A DNA stretch of 64,000 nucleotides from an uncultured Actinomycetes bacterium. GTDB taxonomy: Bacteria > Actinomycetota > Thermoleophilia > RBG-16-64-13. Made by a program: the position numbers and the translations under genes. Below, piece by piece: positions 51,493 through 61,144 of the stretch. Every line of letters starts with the position of its first letter. Within the stretch, counting starts at the first letter, position 1. The stretch spans positions 32,001 through 96,000 of the forward strand of contig CAVPLM010000020.1 in NCBI GenBank assembly GCA_963706025.1, written 5' to 3'. The notes beneath the pieces are model-generated. The model saw nothing but the letters and a program-made list of their open reading frames with translations. It made no database searches and was not told the DNA's origin.

Positions 51493-52935
51493 CTACTCGG
51501 GCAACTCCGGAAGTCCGTCTCCATAGAGCCAGACCTCGAACAGTCCGTCCAACTCGGCCTTCATCGAGCTCGGAGCCTTCTCTTCGGCCAAAGCGATGAA
51601 GTCCTCCGTCCGTGCGTTCCCGTGTCGGTAACGCGCTTCCCACTCGCGCAGGATATCGAAGAAGACATCGTCGCCGACCGTGAGCCGCAGGGCGTGCAGG
51701 GTGAGCGCCCCCCGCCGGTAGACGCTGACGCCGAACAGATCGTCGACTCCGGGATCTCCCGGGGGCCGGTGGTCTGAGTCGCCTAGCAGGCTCTGGCTCT
51801 CCGTCACCATCCCGTCCAGGACCTCCCGCCCACGGTCGTGCTCCAGCCACAACCAGCTCGCGTAGGTGGCGAAGCCTTCGTTCAGCCAGATGTCTTCCCA
51901 CGCGGCGATGGTCACGCTGTTCCCGAACCATTGGTGAGCCAGTTCGTGTGAGATGTAGATCTCCCCGACGACAGGATCGGACAGCCTGCTCGTCAGGACA
52001 TCCCGGCCGAAGAGCGAGAGAGTCTGATTCTCCATGGCCGCCCCCGTGTCGACATCCGGCACCACCACGCCGTAGACCTCGAACGGATAGGGGCCGAACA
52101 GCTCGGCGTAGAAGGCCAGCAGCTCCCCCGTGCGCGCGAACGCGTCGCCCGCGGCTTCCGCCAGCGGGGGCGCGAAGTAGTTGCGGATGGCCACCCCATT
52201 GGGGGCAGTGTCTTCTTCCAGCTCGTATTCCCCTATGGCGACTGTGGCCAGATAGCTGGCCAGCGGCTCCTGCATCTCCCAGACGAAAGTCTGGTCCGTT
52301 TCCCCTGCCTCTGTCTTGACCAGCACCCCGCTGGCTGCCGCCACATAGGGTCTTGGCACCGTGATGCGGAACACGTAGCTTGCCTTGTCCGAAGGGTGAT
52401 CGTTGACGGGAAACCAGGTGGCGGCCCCTTGGGGCTCGTCCAGCGTGTAGATGGTGTCATCCACCCTGTGCCAGCCCACGGAGAACGCACCACTGTGGTC
52501 CGGGGAGTCCGGTATGCCCGAGTAGTCGACCTGGGTAGAGAACGTCTCTCCGGCCTCCAGCCGCTCGGGGCAGATCACAGTCAGTTCCTGCCCGTCCCGC
52601 TCGAACTCGGCCGGCCGGCCGTCGACCGTGACGCCTTCCACCTCGAGCCCTACCAGATCCAGGTTGAAGGACTCGAGGGCCTGGAGCGCCCGGGCGTCCA
52701 TGGTCGCGCTCCCGCTCAAGCCGTCCGAGCGAGGGTCGACGGTCAGGGCGATCTCGTAGTGGAGCGCGTCGTAGCCCCCGTTGCCAGCCGAAGGGAAGTA
52801 GGGATCGCCGATGCCCGGCGAGCCGGCCAGGTCGTCTCCGCACCCGAGGCCGGCGAGAGCTACGGCCGCGATGAACGCCACAACAACTGGTAGGAGCATC
52901 GGGGCCGGGGTCCGGCCCCCGCGTACGCGCCGCAT
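51493..52935 (-). CDS. M1 family metallo-aminopeptidase, lipoprotein
   Basis: Lipobox GLGC, GDPYFP..GNGGYD, AAMEN, HELAHQWFG...WLNEGFA. Confidence 0.93.
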   Translation of the reverse strand: MRRVRGGRTPAPMLLPVVVAFIAAVALAGLGCGDDLAGSPGIGDPYFPSAGNGGYDALHYEIALTVDPRSDGLSGSATMDARALQALESFNLDLVGLEVEGVTVDGRPAEFERDGQELTVICPERLEAGETFSTQVDYSGIPDSPDHSGAFSVGWHRVDDTIYTLDEPQGAATWFPVNDHPSDKASYVFRITVPRPYVAAASGVLVKTEAGETDQTFVWEMQEPLASYLATVAIGEYELEEDTAPNGVAIRNYFAPPLAEAAGDAFARTGELLAFYAELFGPYPFEVYGVVVPDVDTGAAMENQTLSLFGRDVLTSRLSDPVVGEIYISHELAHQWFGNSVTIAAWEDIWLNEGFATYASWLWLEHDRGREVLDGMVTESQSLLGDSDHRPPGDPGVDDLFGVSVYRRGALTLHALRLTVGDDVFFDILREWEARYRHGNARTEDFIALAEEKAPSSMKAELDGLFEVWLYGDGLPELPE

Positions 52936-52971
52936 CTTCCCCCCGGATCGCGTCAGAGGTCCCCCACCAGC

Positions 52972-54306
52972 TTACGCCGGTGTCTTGTCTTCATCCAGAC
53001 CGTTACCGGGATCCGCCACCCGCTGCCGAGCGTCGCCGGAGAGCACAGGGACCATCCGGCCTCCCCCTCCGGTCGCGCGGACAGAGCGACGAGCGTACAG
53101 CAATCCGGCGGCCACCCCGCCGCCACACAGACCGGCCATGCAGAGGACGGTCGCCTGTACGCCCACGCTTTCGGCCAACCGACCGATGAGCAGGCTCCCG
53201 ATGGGGGTGGTCCCTACGAAAAGGAGGGCGTACATGCCCATCACTCTCCCCCTCATGTGTCCGGGCACCAGGAGCTGCAGCCGGGTGTTGGCGGTCGTCA
53301 TGAAGAGGACCCCCGCAAAGCCGATCATGAACATCAGTACGGCCGTCACCGCCACCCGATCAGAGAGTCCCACGAAGAGCAGCAGCACGACGAAGCCACT
53401 CGCCGCCCCCAGGAGCAGACGCTGGCTCAGCTTTTCGCGATAGGCGACGACCACGCCGGCCAGGACCGAGCCTACCCCCATGGACGTGGTGAGCAGAGCC
53501 AAAGTGGATGCTCCCGCGCTGAGAACATACTTGGTGACCAGCGGTAGCAGGACCTGGAAGTTGTAGCCGAAGGCCCCGATCGCGCCCATCACGATGAGGA
53601 TCACGACCACCTCGGGAGTGGAGCGAGCGTACCGGAAGCCCTCCTTCAACTGGCGCAGGGACTTGCCTCGCGGGACTCGGGTTACCGTCTGCAATTCCTC
53701 CGGGCGCATGGCCAACAGCGCCGCGATCACGGCCAGGAAGCTGAGCGCGTTCAGGAAGAAGCAGGCAGCGATACCCAGGGTGCTGATGACCACGGCGCCG
53801 ATGGCCGGCCCGACGATGCGGGCGACGTTGAACTGGGTGGAGTTGAGGGCTATAGCGTTCGATAGATCCTCGGTCCCCACCATCTCGGGAACGAAGGCCT
53901 GCCGAGTGGGACCTTCTACGGCGTCCACCAGGCCGCGTACCGCGGCCAGCGCATAGATGAGCGTCATGGTCACCAGCTCCGTCGAGGTGAGTATGGCGAG
54001 CGTGAGGGCCACCAGGAGCTGTATCACCTGGCCCACGAGGATCGTCTGCCGCTTCGGCAGCCGGTCGGCCAGCACTCCACCATAGAGTGAGAACAGGAGC
54101 ATAGGAAGGAAGCGGATGGTCATGGTCAGGCCTAGAGCCATGGGAGAATCGGTCAAACTGAGAACCAGCCAGCTAAGGGCGACGTCCTGCATCCAGGTGC
54201 CGCCCAGGGACACCATCTGCCCGAACCAGAAGAGCCGGTAGTTGCGGTTGCTGAGGGAGCGGACACCGTGGGCGACCGCCCCCAGGCCGTTCTTCTTCCT
54301 GCTCAT
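52972..54306 (-). CDS. MFS transporter (MFS_3/DHA3-like)
   Basis: NYRLFWFGQ..S..GTWMQ, GG..ADR..KR, A.ALNS..FN.ARIVGPA, RGRVM. Confidence 0.92.
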   Translation of the reverse strand: MSRKKNGLGAVAHGVRSLSNRNYRLFWFGQMVSLGGTWMQDVALSWLVLSLTDSPMALGLTMTIRFLPMLLFSLYGGVLADRLPKRQTILVGQVIQLLVALTLAILTSTELVTMTLIYALAAVRGLVDAVEGPTRQAFVPEMVGTEDLSNAIALNSTQFNVARIVGPAIGAVVISTLGIAACFFLNALSFLAVIAALLAMRPEELQTVTRVPRGKSLRQLKEGFRYARSTPEVVVILIVMGAIGAFGYNFQVLLPLVTKYVLSAGASTLALLTTSMGVGSVLAGVVVAYREKLSQRLLLGAASGFVVLLLFVGLSDRVAVTAVLMFMIGFAGVLFMTTANTRLQLLVPGHMRGRVMGMYALLFVGTTPIGSLLIGRLAESVGVQATVLCMAGLCGGGVAAGLLYARRSVRATGGGGRMVPVLSGDARQRVADPGNGLDEDKTPA

Positions 54307-54752
54307 CGCTCTCTCACCCGGGCGGCCGCCGCGACCAGCTTCTCGAGAGCTCCGACGACCTGGTCCAATTCTTGGCCGAGCTCTCCTGCCACCTCTTCGA
54401 GGAAGGGCCGGGTCTGCTGCACCAGCTCTCCCGCCAATTCCTGGCCGGTCTCGGTCAGCTCCAACGGTATCTGCCGACGATCGCCTTGACTGGTACCCCG
54501 AGCCACCAGCCCGCGGTCCGCGAGTTTGGAGACCAGCCCGCTCGTGGTCGACATGGTGACCCCCAAGCTGCGGGCGAGTTGGCCGGTCGTGATCCCCGGT
54601 GTGCGCCGAACTTGGAACAGCACGCGCAGTTGAGGCAGGGTGACCTGGGAACGCTCCCACTGGCCCAGCCTGAGAGTGTCCAGGTCCCGCAGGGCCTGCC
54701 AATAGGCAGCACGGAATCGATCGTGGGGCGAAGATGTCCCTTCACAAAGCAT
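54303..54752 (-). CDS. MarR family transcriptional regulator
   Basis: T.PQ..VL, LA..LGV..ST.S.LV.KL..RGLV.R....DRR....LT..G; ATGA overlap with the MFS gene. Confidence 0.92.
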   Translation of the reverse strand: MLCEGTSSPHDRFRAAYWQALRDLDTLRLGQWERSQVTLPQLRVLFQVRRTPGITTGQLARSLGVTMSTTSGLVSKLADRGLVARGTSQGDRRQIPLELTETGQELAGELVQQTRPFLEEVAGELGQELDQVVGALEKLVAAAARVRER

Positions 54753-54792
54753 GACGGAGATTGTACGGTACTACCGTACTATTTGGCAACAC

Positions 54793-56479
54793 CTAACGGT
54801 TCAGGCGGGATACCTCGTCTCGCGCGAAACGGGGCCATTCCACGGAGACGCCTCCGTCGAAGGCCTGCACGCCCTCCCCCGGCTCCAGGACTTCCCCGAT
54901 GTCGGCGATCTCGATCCCGACTATCGGCGACGGCCGCGGCCAAAGGACCGGCGTCCGCGGCAGAGCAGGTGATGAGCAGACTGCCCGAGCCGATGACACC
55001 CAGCGGGTCTATGCCCAGGATGGAGCACACGCGCGCGGTCTGCGGGTACACGGGGATGCGGTCCACATGGACGCGCAGCCGGCGGCCGCCGGCTGCGCCC
55101 AGTTCCCTGACGGCCGTGGCCAACCCGCCTTCCGTGACGTCATGCATGGCGGTCACTCCCGTGAAAGACCGGGCGACCCGAGCCTCCTCGAGGATCCCCA
55201 TCCGCTCAAGGAAAGCGGCGCAGTCTGCTATCTCGGCCTGCGTCATGCCCTCTCGGGCCAGTCGATGGGCGTACTCCCGAGCGATGAGACCGGTGCCTTC
55301 TATCGCCACCCCTTTGGTCATCAGGATGCGGTCACCCTTTTGCATGCGGCGCTTGTCGATGAGTTGCCCCCCGACGATCGTCCCTGCCATCGTCCCGATC
55401 ACCATGGGCCGGGAGACTGCATCCGTGATCTCCGTGTGCCCGCCGCACAGGGAGACGCCGTAGGTCGAGCACACCTCCTGGATATCACGCGCCAAGGCCA
55501 GCACCTCGGAGGCGCTCGACCCGGAGGGGAAGAGCAGCGTGCTGAGGAACCACCTGGGAGTCGCCCCGCTGGTGGCCACGTCGTTGGCATTCGCCAGCAC
55601 CGCGTAGCGGGCAAGCGAGTCCACAGCCAGCGTGATGGGGTCAGAGGCCAGTACCAGTACCTCCGATCCTCCGCTGTCCATCGCAGCCGCATCTTCACCG
55701 ATCCCTGCCCCCACGAGCACGGTCGGGTCATCTGAGGCTATCCCCGCCAGGCTGACCTCCAGCAGATCCGACGGCAACTTGCCCACGGGGAGGGGGATGC
55801 CGTACCGGATGACGGTTTGGGCTTCGACCAGATCGGCTACAACGAAGTCCGCGCCGACCGCAGGCGGGTCCATCAGGGGATTGTTGCGCAGGAACATCGT
55901 CAGAGTCCCCGCCCGTTTGCCCGCCTCGATGTCGAAAGCATGATCGCCGATCATCAACAGCTCACCGGCCTCCACACCCAGTTCTTCGGCCACGTGCAAG
56001 ACACCGCCGGGGAACGGCTTGGGATCGAACGGGAGATCGCGCGAGACGATCAGGGCGAAGTCGGCCGGATCGACCCCGGCAAAGCGGGCCAGTGCCCGCT
56101 GCACGCTCACACCCGCGTTGCGGGTGATGATCGCCATGGGGACCTTCTGCCCACGTAGGAAAGCGATCAGAGCCTCGGCGCCGTCACTGGGTTCGGCATG
56201 GTCGGCCGCCTCTCTCTCCGCTCCCTCCAAGACGGCCTCGTAGCGCTGCCGTTCTTCGACGTCGTCTATCTCGCGCAGATACTCCAGCAGGCCCGTCTCG
56301 GGCGGGCAGCCGATCTCCCGCTTGATGGCCGCCAAGTCGAGGTCCTCCGGTCTGGTGAGGGTACCATCGAAATCGAAAAGCACCGCCGCCACGCGAAAAG
56401 GCGCACCCGAGCGAAGGAACGGGCCGTTATCCTCGCTCGTGCGATATTCCCCCGTTGGGTCTCGATGCTCGCTCTTCAA
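54793..56479 (-). CDS. HAD-family phosphatase fused to AIR-synthase-related (PurM/HypE/ThiL-like) domain; frameshift near 54925
   Basis: FDFDGTL, ITRN, KP.P, IGD...DIEAG; then GKLP, GED, SDPIT, NDVATSG, GGHTE, MHDVTEGG, GSGSLL; TTG start with AAGGAG. Confidence 0.85.
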
Positions 56480-56590
56480 GGGCAGACTCCTTGTCCCGGC
56501 CACGCAGGCGGCCCCACGTCGGGCACTCCGCCCGCGCAAGCATGCTACCAGTTTAGGCTCGATCCTGGTCGCCCGAGCCAAGCCGCGGCC

Positions 56591-57352
56591 TCAGCCCAGT
56601 TGCGTCGCCCGGGCGGCCTGACGCACGGCCAGAGCCCCGGTGAGGGTCGCGAAGGCCAGCATCACCCCCAGGCCGATCAGCAGCGGTTTCAGCACCCAGC
56701 CATCGATGAGCAACGAGCGCATGGCGTCGTAGATGTAGGTCGTGGGGTTCACCGTAGCCGCCCATTTCAGCCAGCCGGCCTCTATGTATTCTTTGGGGAC
56801 GAAGGTGGTGGAGAGAAAGATCAAGGGGAAGAAGGCGAAGGTGGCCGCTTGCGCGGCCGCTCCGCTCTTGGTCTTGAGGGCTATGAACACGGCGTAGCCG
56901 GCAAAGGCCATGCCCCACAGAAAGGCGAAGACCAGCACCAGTATGAGGCCGGCCGGGCCGGCGGCGGCCTTCAGGCCCAGACCCAGCCCCAATGCCAGGA
57001 TCAGCACCACCTGACCGACCAGGATCACGGCACCCGCGACCATCGGCCCCCACACCAGTGACAGTCTCGATGCCGGGGTGAGGAGTAGCTTCGTGAAGTA
57101 GCCCGATTCGATATCGGTCACCAACGCCTGCCCGGCGATGCCCGCTCCCCCCACTGAGGCCGACACGATAGACACGGGGATGATGAAGGCCAGATAGGAG
57201 CCCCTGAAGCCCGGCAGTTGGGCCACCGACGAGAGGCCTGAGTTGAAGACAAACAAGAAGAACACGCTGATGGCTATGTTCGGGATGAGGGCTATCGGCG
57301 TTCGCAGGCTGCCCCGCAGCGAGCGCCAGATGAGAACGAGAACGTCGGTCAT
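56591..57352 (-). CDS. ABC-2 type transporter permease
   Basis: D.ESG...KLL.TP.SR, FPL.FLS..F.P, VNP.TY..DA.R. Confidence 0.92.
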   Translation of the reverse strand: MTDVLVLIWRSLRGSLRTPIALIPNIAISVFFLFVFNSGLSSVAQLPGFRGSYLAFIIPVSIVSASVGGAGIAGQALVTDIESGYFTKLLLTPASRLSLVWGPMVAGAVILVGQVVLILALGLGLGLKAAAGPAGLILVLVFAFLWGMAFAGYAVFIALKTKSGAAAQAATFAFFPLIFLSTTFVPKEYIEAGWLKWAATVNPTTYIYDAMRSLLIDGWVLKPLLIGLGVMLAFATLTGALAVRQAARATQLG

Positions 57353-58322
57353 GATGCCTCCTCCGTTGAGCCTGTCATACGATGGCCGGTCGCTCTCAAG
57401 AACACGTCGTCGAGAGTCGGCTCGTTGAGGACCAGGGCTTCAAGCGGTATCTGGGCCTCATCCAGCGCCCTGACCAGCCCGGCAAGCTTGTCGGCCGCGG
57501 CCGTGAAGTAGCAGAGCAGGTCGCGCCCCACCAGTTGCCGCTTCGGAGCCAATGCTTCCAGGGCCGCGCCCGCTCGTTCGGCCAGCTCGGAAGAAGCGAA
57601 ACTGAGGGTCACCACCTCACTTCCTATCTCCTTCTTGAGCGCGCGCGGAGCCCCCTGGGCCGCGATCCGGCCTTTGTTGATGATGGCCACCTCGTCCGCG
57701 AGTCTGTCGGCCTCCTCCAGGTATTGGGTGGTGAGGAAGATCGTCATCCCCCGCTCCGTGTTGAGCCGGCGCACCTCCTCCCAAATGCCGAGACGGCTCA
57801 CCGGATCAAGGCCGGTGGTGGGCTCGTCCAGAAAGAGGATCTCGGGGTCGTGCACCAGGGCTAGAGCCAGATCGAGCCGGCGCTTCATGCCGCCCGAGAA
57901 CTGCCCCACCCGCTTCTTGGGATCGACGTCGTCCAGACCCACCGTCTTCAGGAGCTGGTCGGCCTTGGCCCGAGCGGTGGCGGAATCCACTGAGAAGAGG
58001 CGAGACTGCAGAACCAACATCTCGCGCGCGGTCATGAGCGGATCCAGGCCTACCTCCTGGAGGGCCACTCCTATCCGCGCGCGCACCTTCTGGGGCTCGG
58101 TGATCACGTCGAAGCCGCCCACCCGGGCAGACCCGGCCGTTAGAGCGAGAATCGTCGCGAGCATCTTGACCGTCGTGGTCTTCCCCGAGCCGTTCGGTCC
58201 GAGAAAGCCGAAGATCTGCCCGGACCGGATGTTCAGGTCGACACGTCGACCGCTCTCAGATCCGCGAAGTCGCGGGTTATGCCTTCGGCGACGATGCTCC
58301 TGTCACCGTCTGGCGTACTCAT
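57349..58322 (-). CDS. ABC transporter ATP-binding protein (DrrA-like); one base missing near 58245
   Basis: AVD.VDL joins GPNGSGKTT only with one added base; FSGGMKRRL, DEPTTGLD, TTQYLEEAD. Confidence 0.9.
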
Positions 58323-58336
58323 CTGGCCATACTCCT

Positions 58337-59218
58337 TCACATGAGGTAATAGAGCAGAACAGGGATGACGACCACGGCGGCCATCGTCGTCACCAGCACC
58401 ACCGACGAGACCAGTTCGGCCTCGTTTCTGTACTTGGTAGCAAACACGGCGGTCATAACGGCCGAGGGCATGGCCGATTCGAAGATCACCACCGCTCGGG
58501 GGATCCCGGTGAAGCCCATCAGCCACACGGCAAGTAGACCGAAGGCCAACCCTCCCCCCATCCTTAGCGCACTCGCTACCAAGGTCAGTGGAAGATGAGC
58601 GAGGCGGATCTTGCCGATGCTCATACCCAGGACAAGCAGGATGAGGGGTGCACCCGCCTGGCCTACGAACCTGAGCGAGTTCATCACCAGATCGGGCAGA
58701 ACGACGCCCGCCAGGTTGAGCACCAAGCCGAGCACCGCCGCGTATACCAGCGGCGTGCGCAGCATCACCCTCAGCCCCTCCTTGAGATCCGACTGCCCGG
58801 CGGCGACGTAGACACCCACCGAGTAGACCAGTATCCCGTAGGGCATGTAGAAGAGCGCGGCATTGGCCAACCCCTCGGCCCCGAAGGCCAGATAGATGAT
58901 GGGGAAGGCCATATTGACAACGTTCGCGAAGACGATGGGTAGATAGAGGCCCGAATGCTTCGTCTTGCCCAAAGCGAACACCAAGCGCGCCAGCACGAAC
59001 GTCCCTCCCATGATGAGCAGAGACGATGCCCACAATTTGGCGGCCACGCTCAAGACGATGGGGGTGGACAGCATCGACGTGATCACCAAGCAGGGGATGG
59101 CTATGTACAGGGCCAGGTCGATCAGTACCGCATAGCTCAACCGACTGAATCTGCCGAAGACGTAGCCGAGAGCTATGGCGAAGAACGTGGGTGCGACGAT
59201 GGACGCGATCTCTTGCAT
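58337..59218 (-). CDS. AEC (auxin efflux carrier/malate permease) family transporter
   Basis: IA.PCL, F.N..N...P, PLILLVLG, ESAMPSAV; TACGCT six nt before ATG. Confidence 0.9.
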   Translation of the reverse strand: MQEIASIVAPTFFAIALGYVFGRFSRLSYAVLIDLALYIAIPCLVITSMLSTPIVLSVAAKLWASSLLIMGGTFVLARLVFALGKTKHSGLYLPIVFANVVNMAFPIIYLAFGAEGLANAALFYMPYGILVYSVGVYVAAGQSDLKEGLRVMLRTPLVYAAVLGLVLNLAGVVLPDLVMNSLRFVGQAGAPLILLVLGMSIGKIRLAHLPLTLVASALRMGGGLAFGLLAVWLMGFTGIPRAVVIFESAMPSAVMTAVFATKYRNEAELVSSVVLVTTMAAVVVIPVLLYYLM

Positions 59219-59288
59219 CGTGCCAGCGTACACTGCCCGCGCCCATCGCCGCTAGATGCGGGAAGCGGAGCGTGGTATAAGTCCGGCA

Positions 59289-60050
59289 GTGGACGAATCG
59301 ACCTTCTATCACTGGCTGGTGATCGCCTGGATGGCCCTCGCGGCCGTCACGTTCGTCGCCCTCTTCTTCGTCACCGCCCCCTACGGCCGCTTCACGCGCG
59401 GCGGCTGGGGTCCACGCATGAGCGCCCGCTGGGGATGGGTGCTCATGGAGTCACCCGCGCTGCTCACCTTTGTCGTCATATGGGCCGTCAGCGACCGGAA
59501 GTCGAACCCGGTGGGTTTGGTTCTGCTTCTGTTCTGGGTGGCGCACTACCTGCACCGTGCGCTCATCTACCCCTTCCGCCTTCACAGCAGCCGGCCCAGC
59601 ATCACGGCGTCGGTGATCGTCATGGGCGCCTGCTTCAACATCGGGAACGGCTATCTGAACGCCCGTTACCTCTACGCGCTGGGTCCCGAACTGCAGACTT
59701 CGTGGTTCCTCGATCCCCGTTTCATCGTCGGAGCGTTGCTCTTCTGGTCCGGCTACGTCCTCAACCAGCACTCCGACCGCGTGTTGATCCGCCTGCGCCG
59801 CGAGGGGCAGACCGGCTACAAGATCCCTTACGGAGGGGGATACCGGTTCGTATCCTGCCCCAACTATCTGGGGGAGATGGTGGAGTGGGGTGGTTGGGCG
59901 CTGGCCTGCTGGAACCCCGGGGCCCTGGCCTTCTTCGTCTGGACGGTCGCCAATCTGGCTCCGCGGGCGATCAAGACCCATCGTTGGTACCGAGAGAACT
60001 TCCCCGATTACCCCCGGCGACGCAAGGCCCTGTTGCCCTTCATCGTCTGA
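59289..60050 (+). CDS. Steroid 5-alpha-reductase (SRD5A)-like enoyl reductase
   Basis: APYGR, W.LMESPA, HY.HRA.IYPF, HSD, YKIPYGG.Y.FVSCPNYLGE..EW.G.A, H.WY...F.DYP..RKALLPF. Confidence 0.9.
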   Translation: MDESTFYHWLVIAWMALAAVTFVALFFVTAPYGRFTRGGWGPRMSARWGWVLMESPALLTFVVIWAVSDRKSNPVGLVLLLFWVAHYLHRALIYPFRLHSSRPSITASVIVMGACFNIGNGYLNARYLYALGPELQTSWFLDPRFIVGALLFWSGYVLNQHSDRVLIRLRREGQTGYKIPYGGGYRFVSCPNYLGEMVEWGGWALACWNPGALAFFVWTVANLAPRAIKTHRWYRENFPDYPRRRKALLPFIV

Positions 60051-60110
60051 CCGAGACCGGCCCTGATGGCCCGCTCACACCCGGCGCGCTAGAATGGCCC
60101 CGTTGCGGTC

Positions 60111-60930
60111 ATGTCGGCGATGCGGCGCTCCTGCATCGCCAGATTCTGGGAGAGGCTGAGAACCAGAGTGAGTGCCAATACGAGCCGGGTGCTGGCGACG
60201 GCTCCGGTGGCCCGGAGCGTCTTCTGGCTGATGATCACCCTGCTGGCCTGGGAGTTGTTCCAGGGCCTGCGGGCCTCGGCACCCATCCCGGAGGGCTCCT
60301 GGGCGCTCACTCCCTTCGACCTGGCGTTCCTGGTTGCTGCTGCCCGCCCTGAGCGCCTTCGCCTTCACCCGTCTCTTCCTTGTGGTCACGCAGTCCTCCC
60401 GGGGGACGTTGAACGTCTACTCGGTCATATCGAGCCCTCTTGCCTGGATGTTCTGGGTAGGTCTCGGGGTCGGCATGATCGGGCATGGCGTGCACCTTGC
60501 GGGTCACGCGGCGCAGAGATCGCTGCCCGACATCTTCGAACAGGGCGAGTTCGCCGCCAAGATCGCCTTTCTCGACGTGCGCCTGGGCTACTTCTTGTTG
60601 GGGCTTGGCTTCTTCCTGGCCACCCTGGCGATCCTCCTCGTGGGCCAGGGCGTGGGGCAACGGATATCGGGAGCCGAGCGTCTGCTCTTCGTGACGGGAT
60701 CACTGGCCACCTACGGCCTCGTGATCGTATACCTGGGAGTAGAGGGGAGGCAGATCATCCCCGCCATCGCGGCCAGCGTGATACTGAGCGCGGTCAGCTT
60801 CTGGACCCTTCCGGCCTCTGAGATCACGAGGGATCCCATCGGGGCCTTGGTCGTGCCCGGCACGCTTCTGGCCGGGATTGCGCTGATCGTCTGGACCTTG
60901 ATCGTGGGCGGGCAGCCCACCTGGCCTTGA
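60111..60930 (+). CDS. Multi-pass membrane protein of unknown function; +1 frameshift near 60333
   Basis: Hydrophobic helices continue across two frames; His motif GHGVHLAGH. Confidence 0.65.
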
Positions 60931-60931
60931 T

Positions 60932-60975
60932 GCTCGTTTCGGAATGAAGTCTCGGCCGCCCGGTCTGCGCTGGGC
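60932..60975 (+). repeat. Degenerate left-end remnant of the MITE-like family
   Basis: CTCGTTTCGGAATGAAGT..GGCCGCC..GCGCTGGGC aligns with 39457-39500. Confidence 0.7.
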
Positions 60976-60981
60976 TATAAT
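60976..60981 (+). promoter_or_regulatory. -10 box of tRNA-Ser promoter
   Basis: Consensus TATAAT 30 nt upstream of the tRNA. Confidence 0.6.
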
Positions 60982-61011
60982 CGCGCCCTGTCGCAAGCCA
61001 TCACGCCTTGC

Positions 61012-61102
61012 GGAGTGGTGTCCGAGCTGGCTTAAGGAGCACGACTGGAAATCGTGTAGGCGGGGGAAACTCGTCTCGAGGGTTCGAATCCCTCCCACTC
61101 CG
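61012..61102 (+). tRNA. tRNA-Ser(GGA), long variable arm, CCA not encoded
   Basis: Acceptor GGAGTGG/CCACTCC, anticodon arm CACGA-CT-GGA-AA-TCGTG, GGTTCGAATCC T-arm, discriminator G followed by CCT. Confidence 0.97.
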
Positions 61103-61144
61103 CCTCTAGCCCATATCCAGAAGGACCCAGCTGTGAGGAGCCGC

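Noticed and set aside
61085-61110. tRNA-Ser as integration site of a genomic island
   Set aside because: No duplicated tRNA 3' end and no integrase seen in the window
60944-61144. N-terminal extension of the lipoprotein ORF through the tRNA
   Set aside because: Region is a canonical tRNA-Ser; ATG 61145 has an SD and a signal peptide
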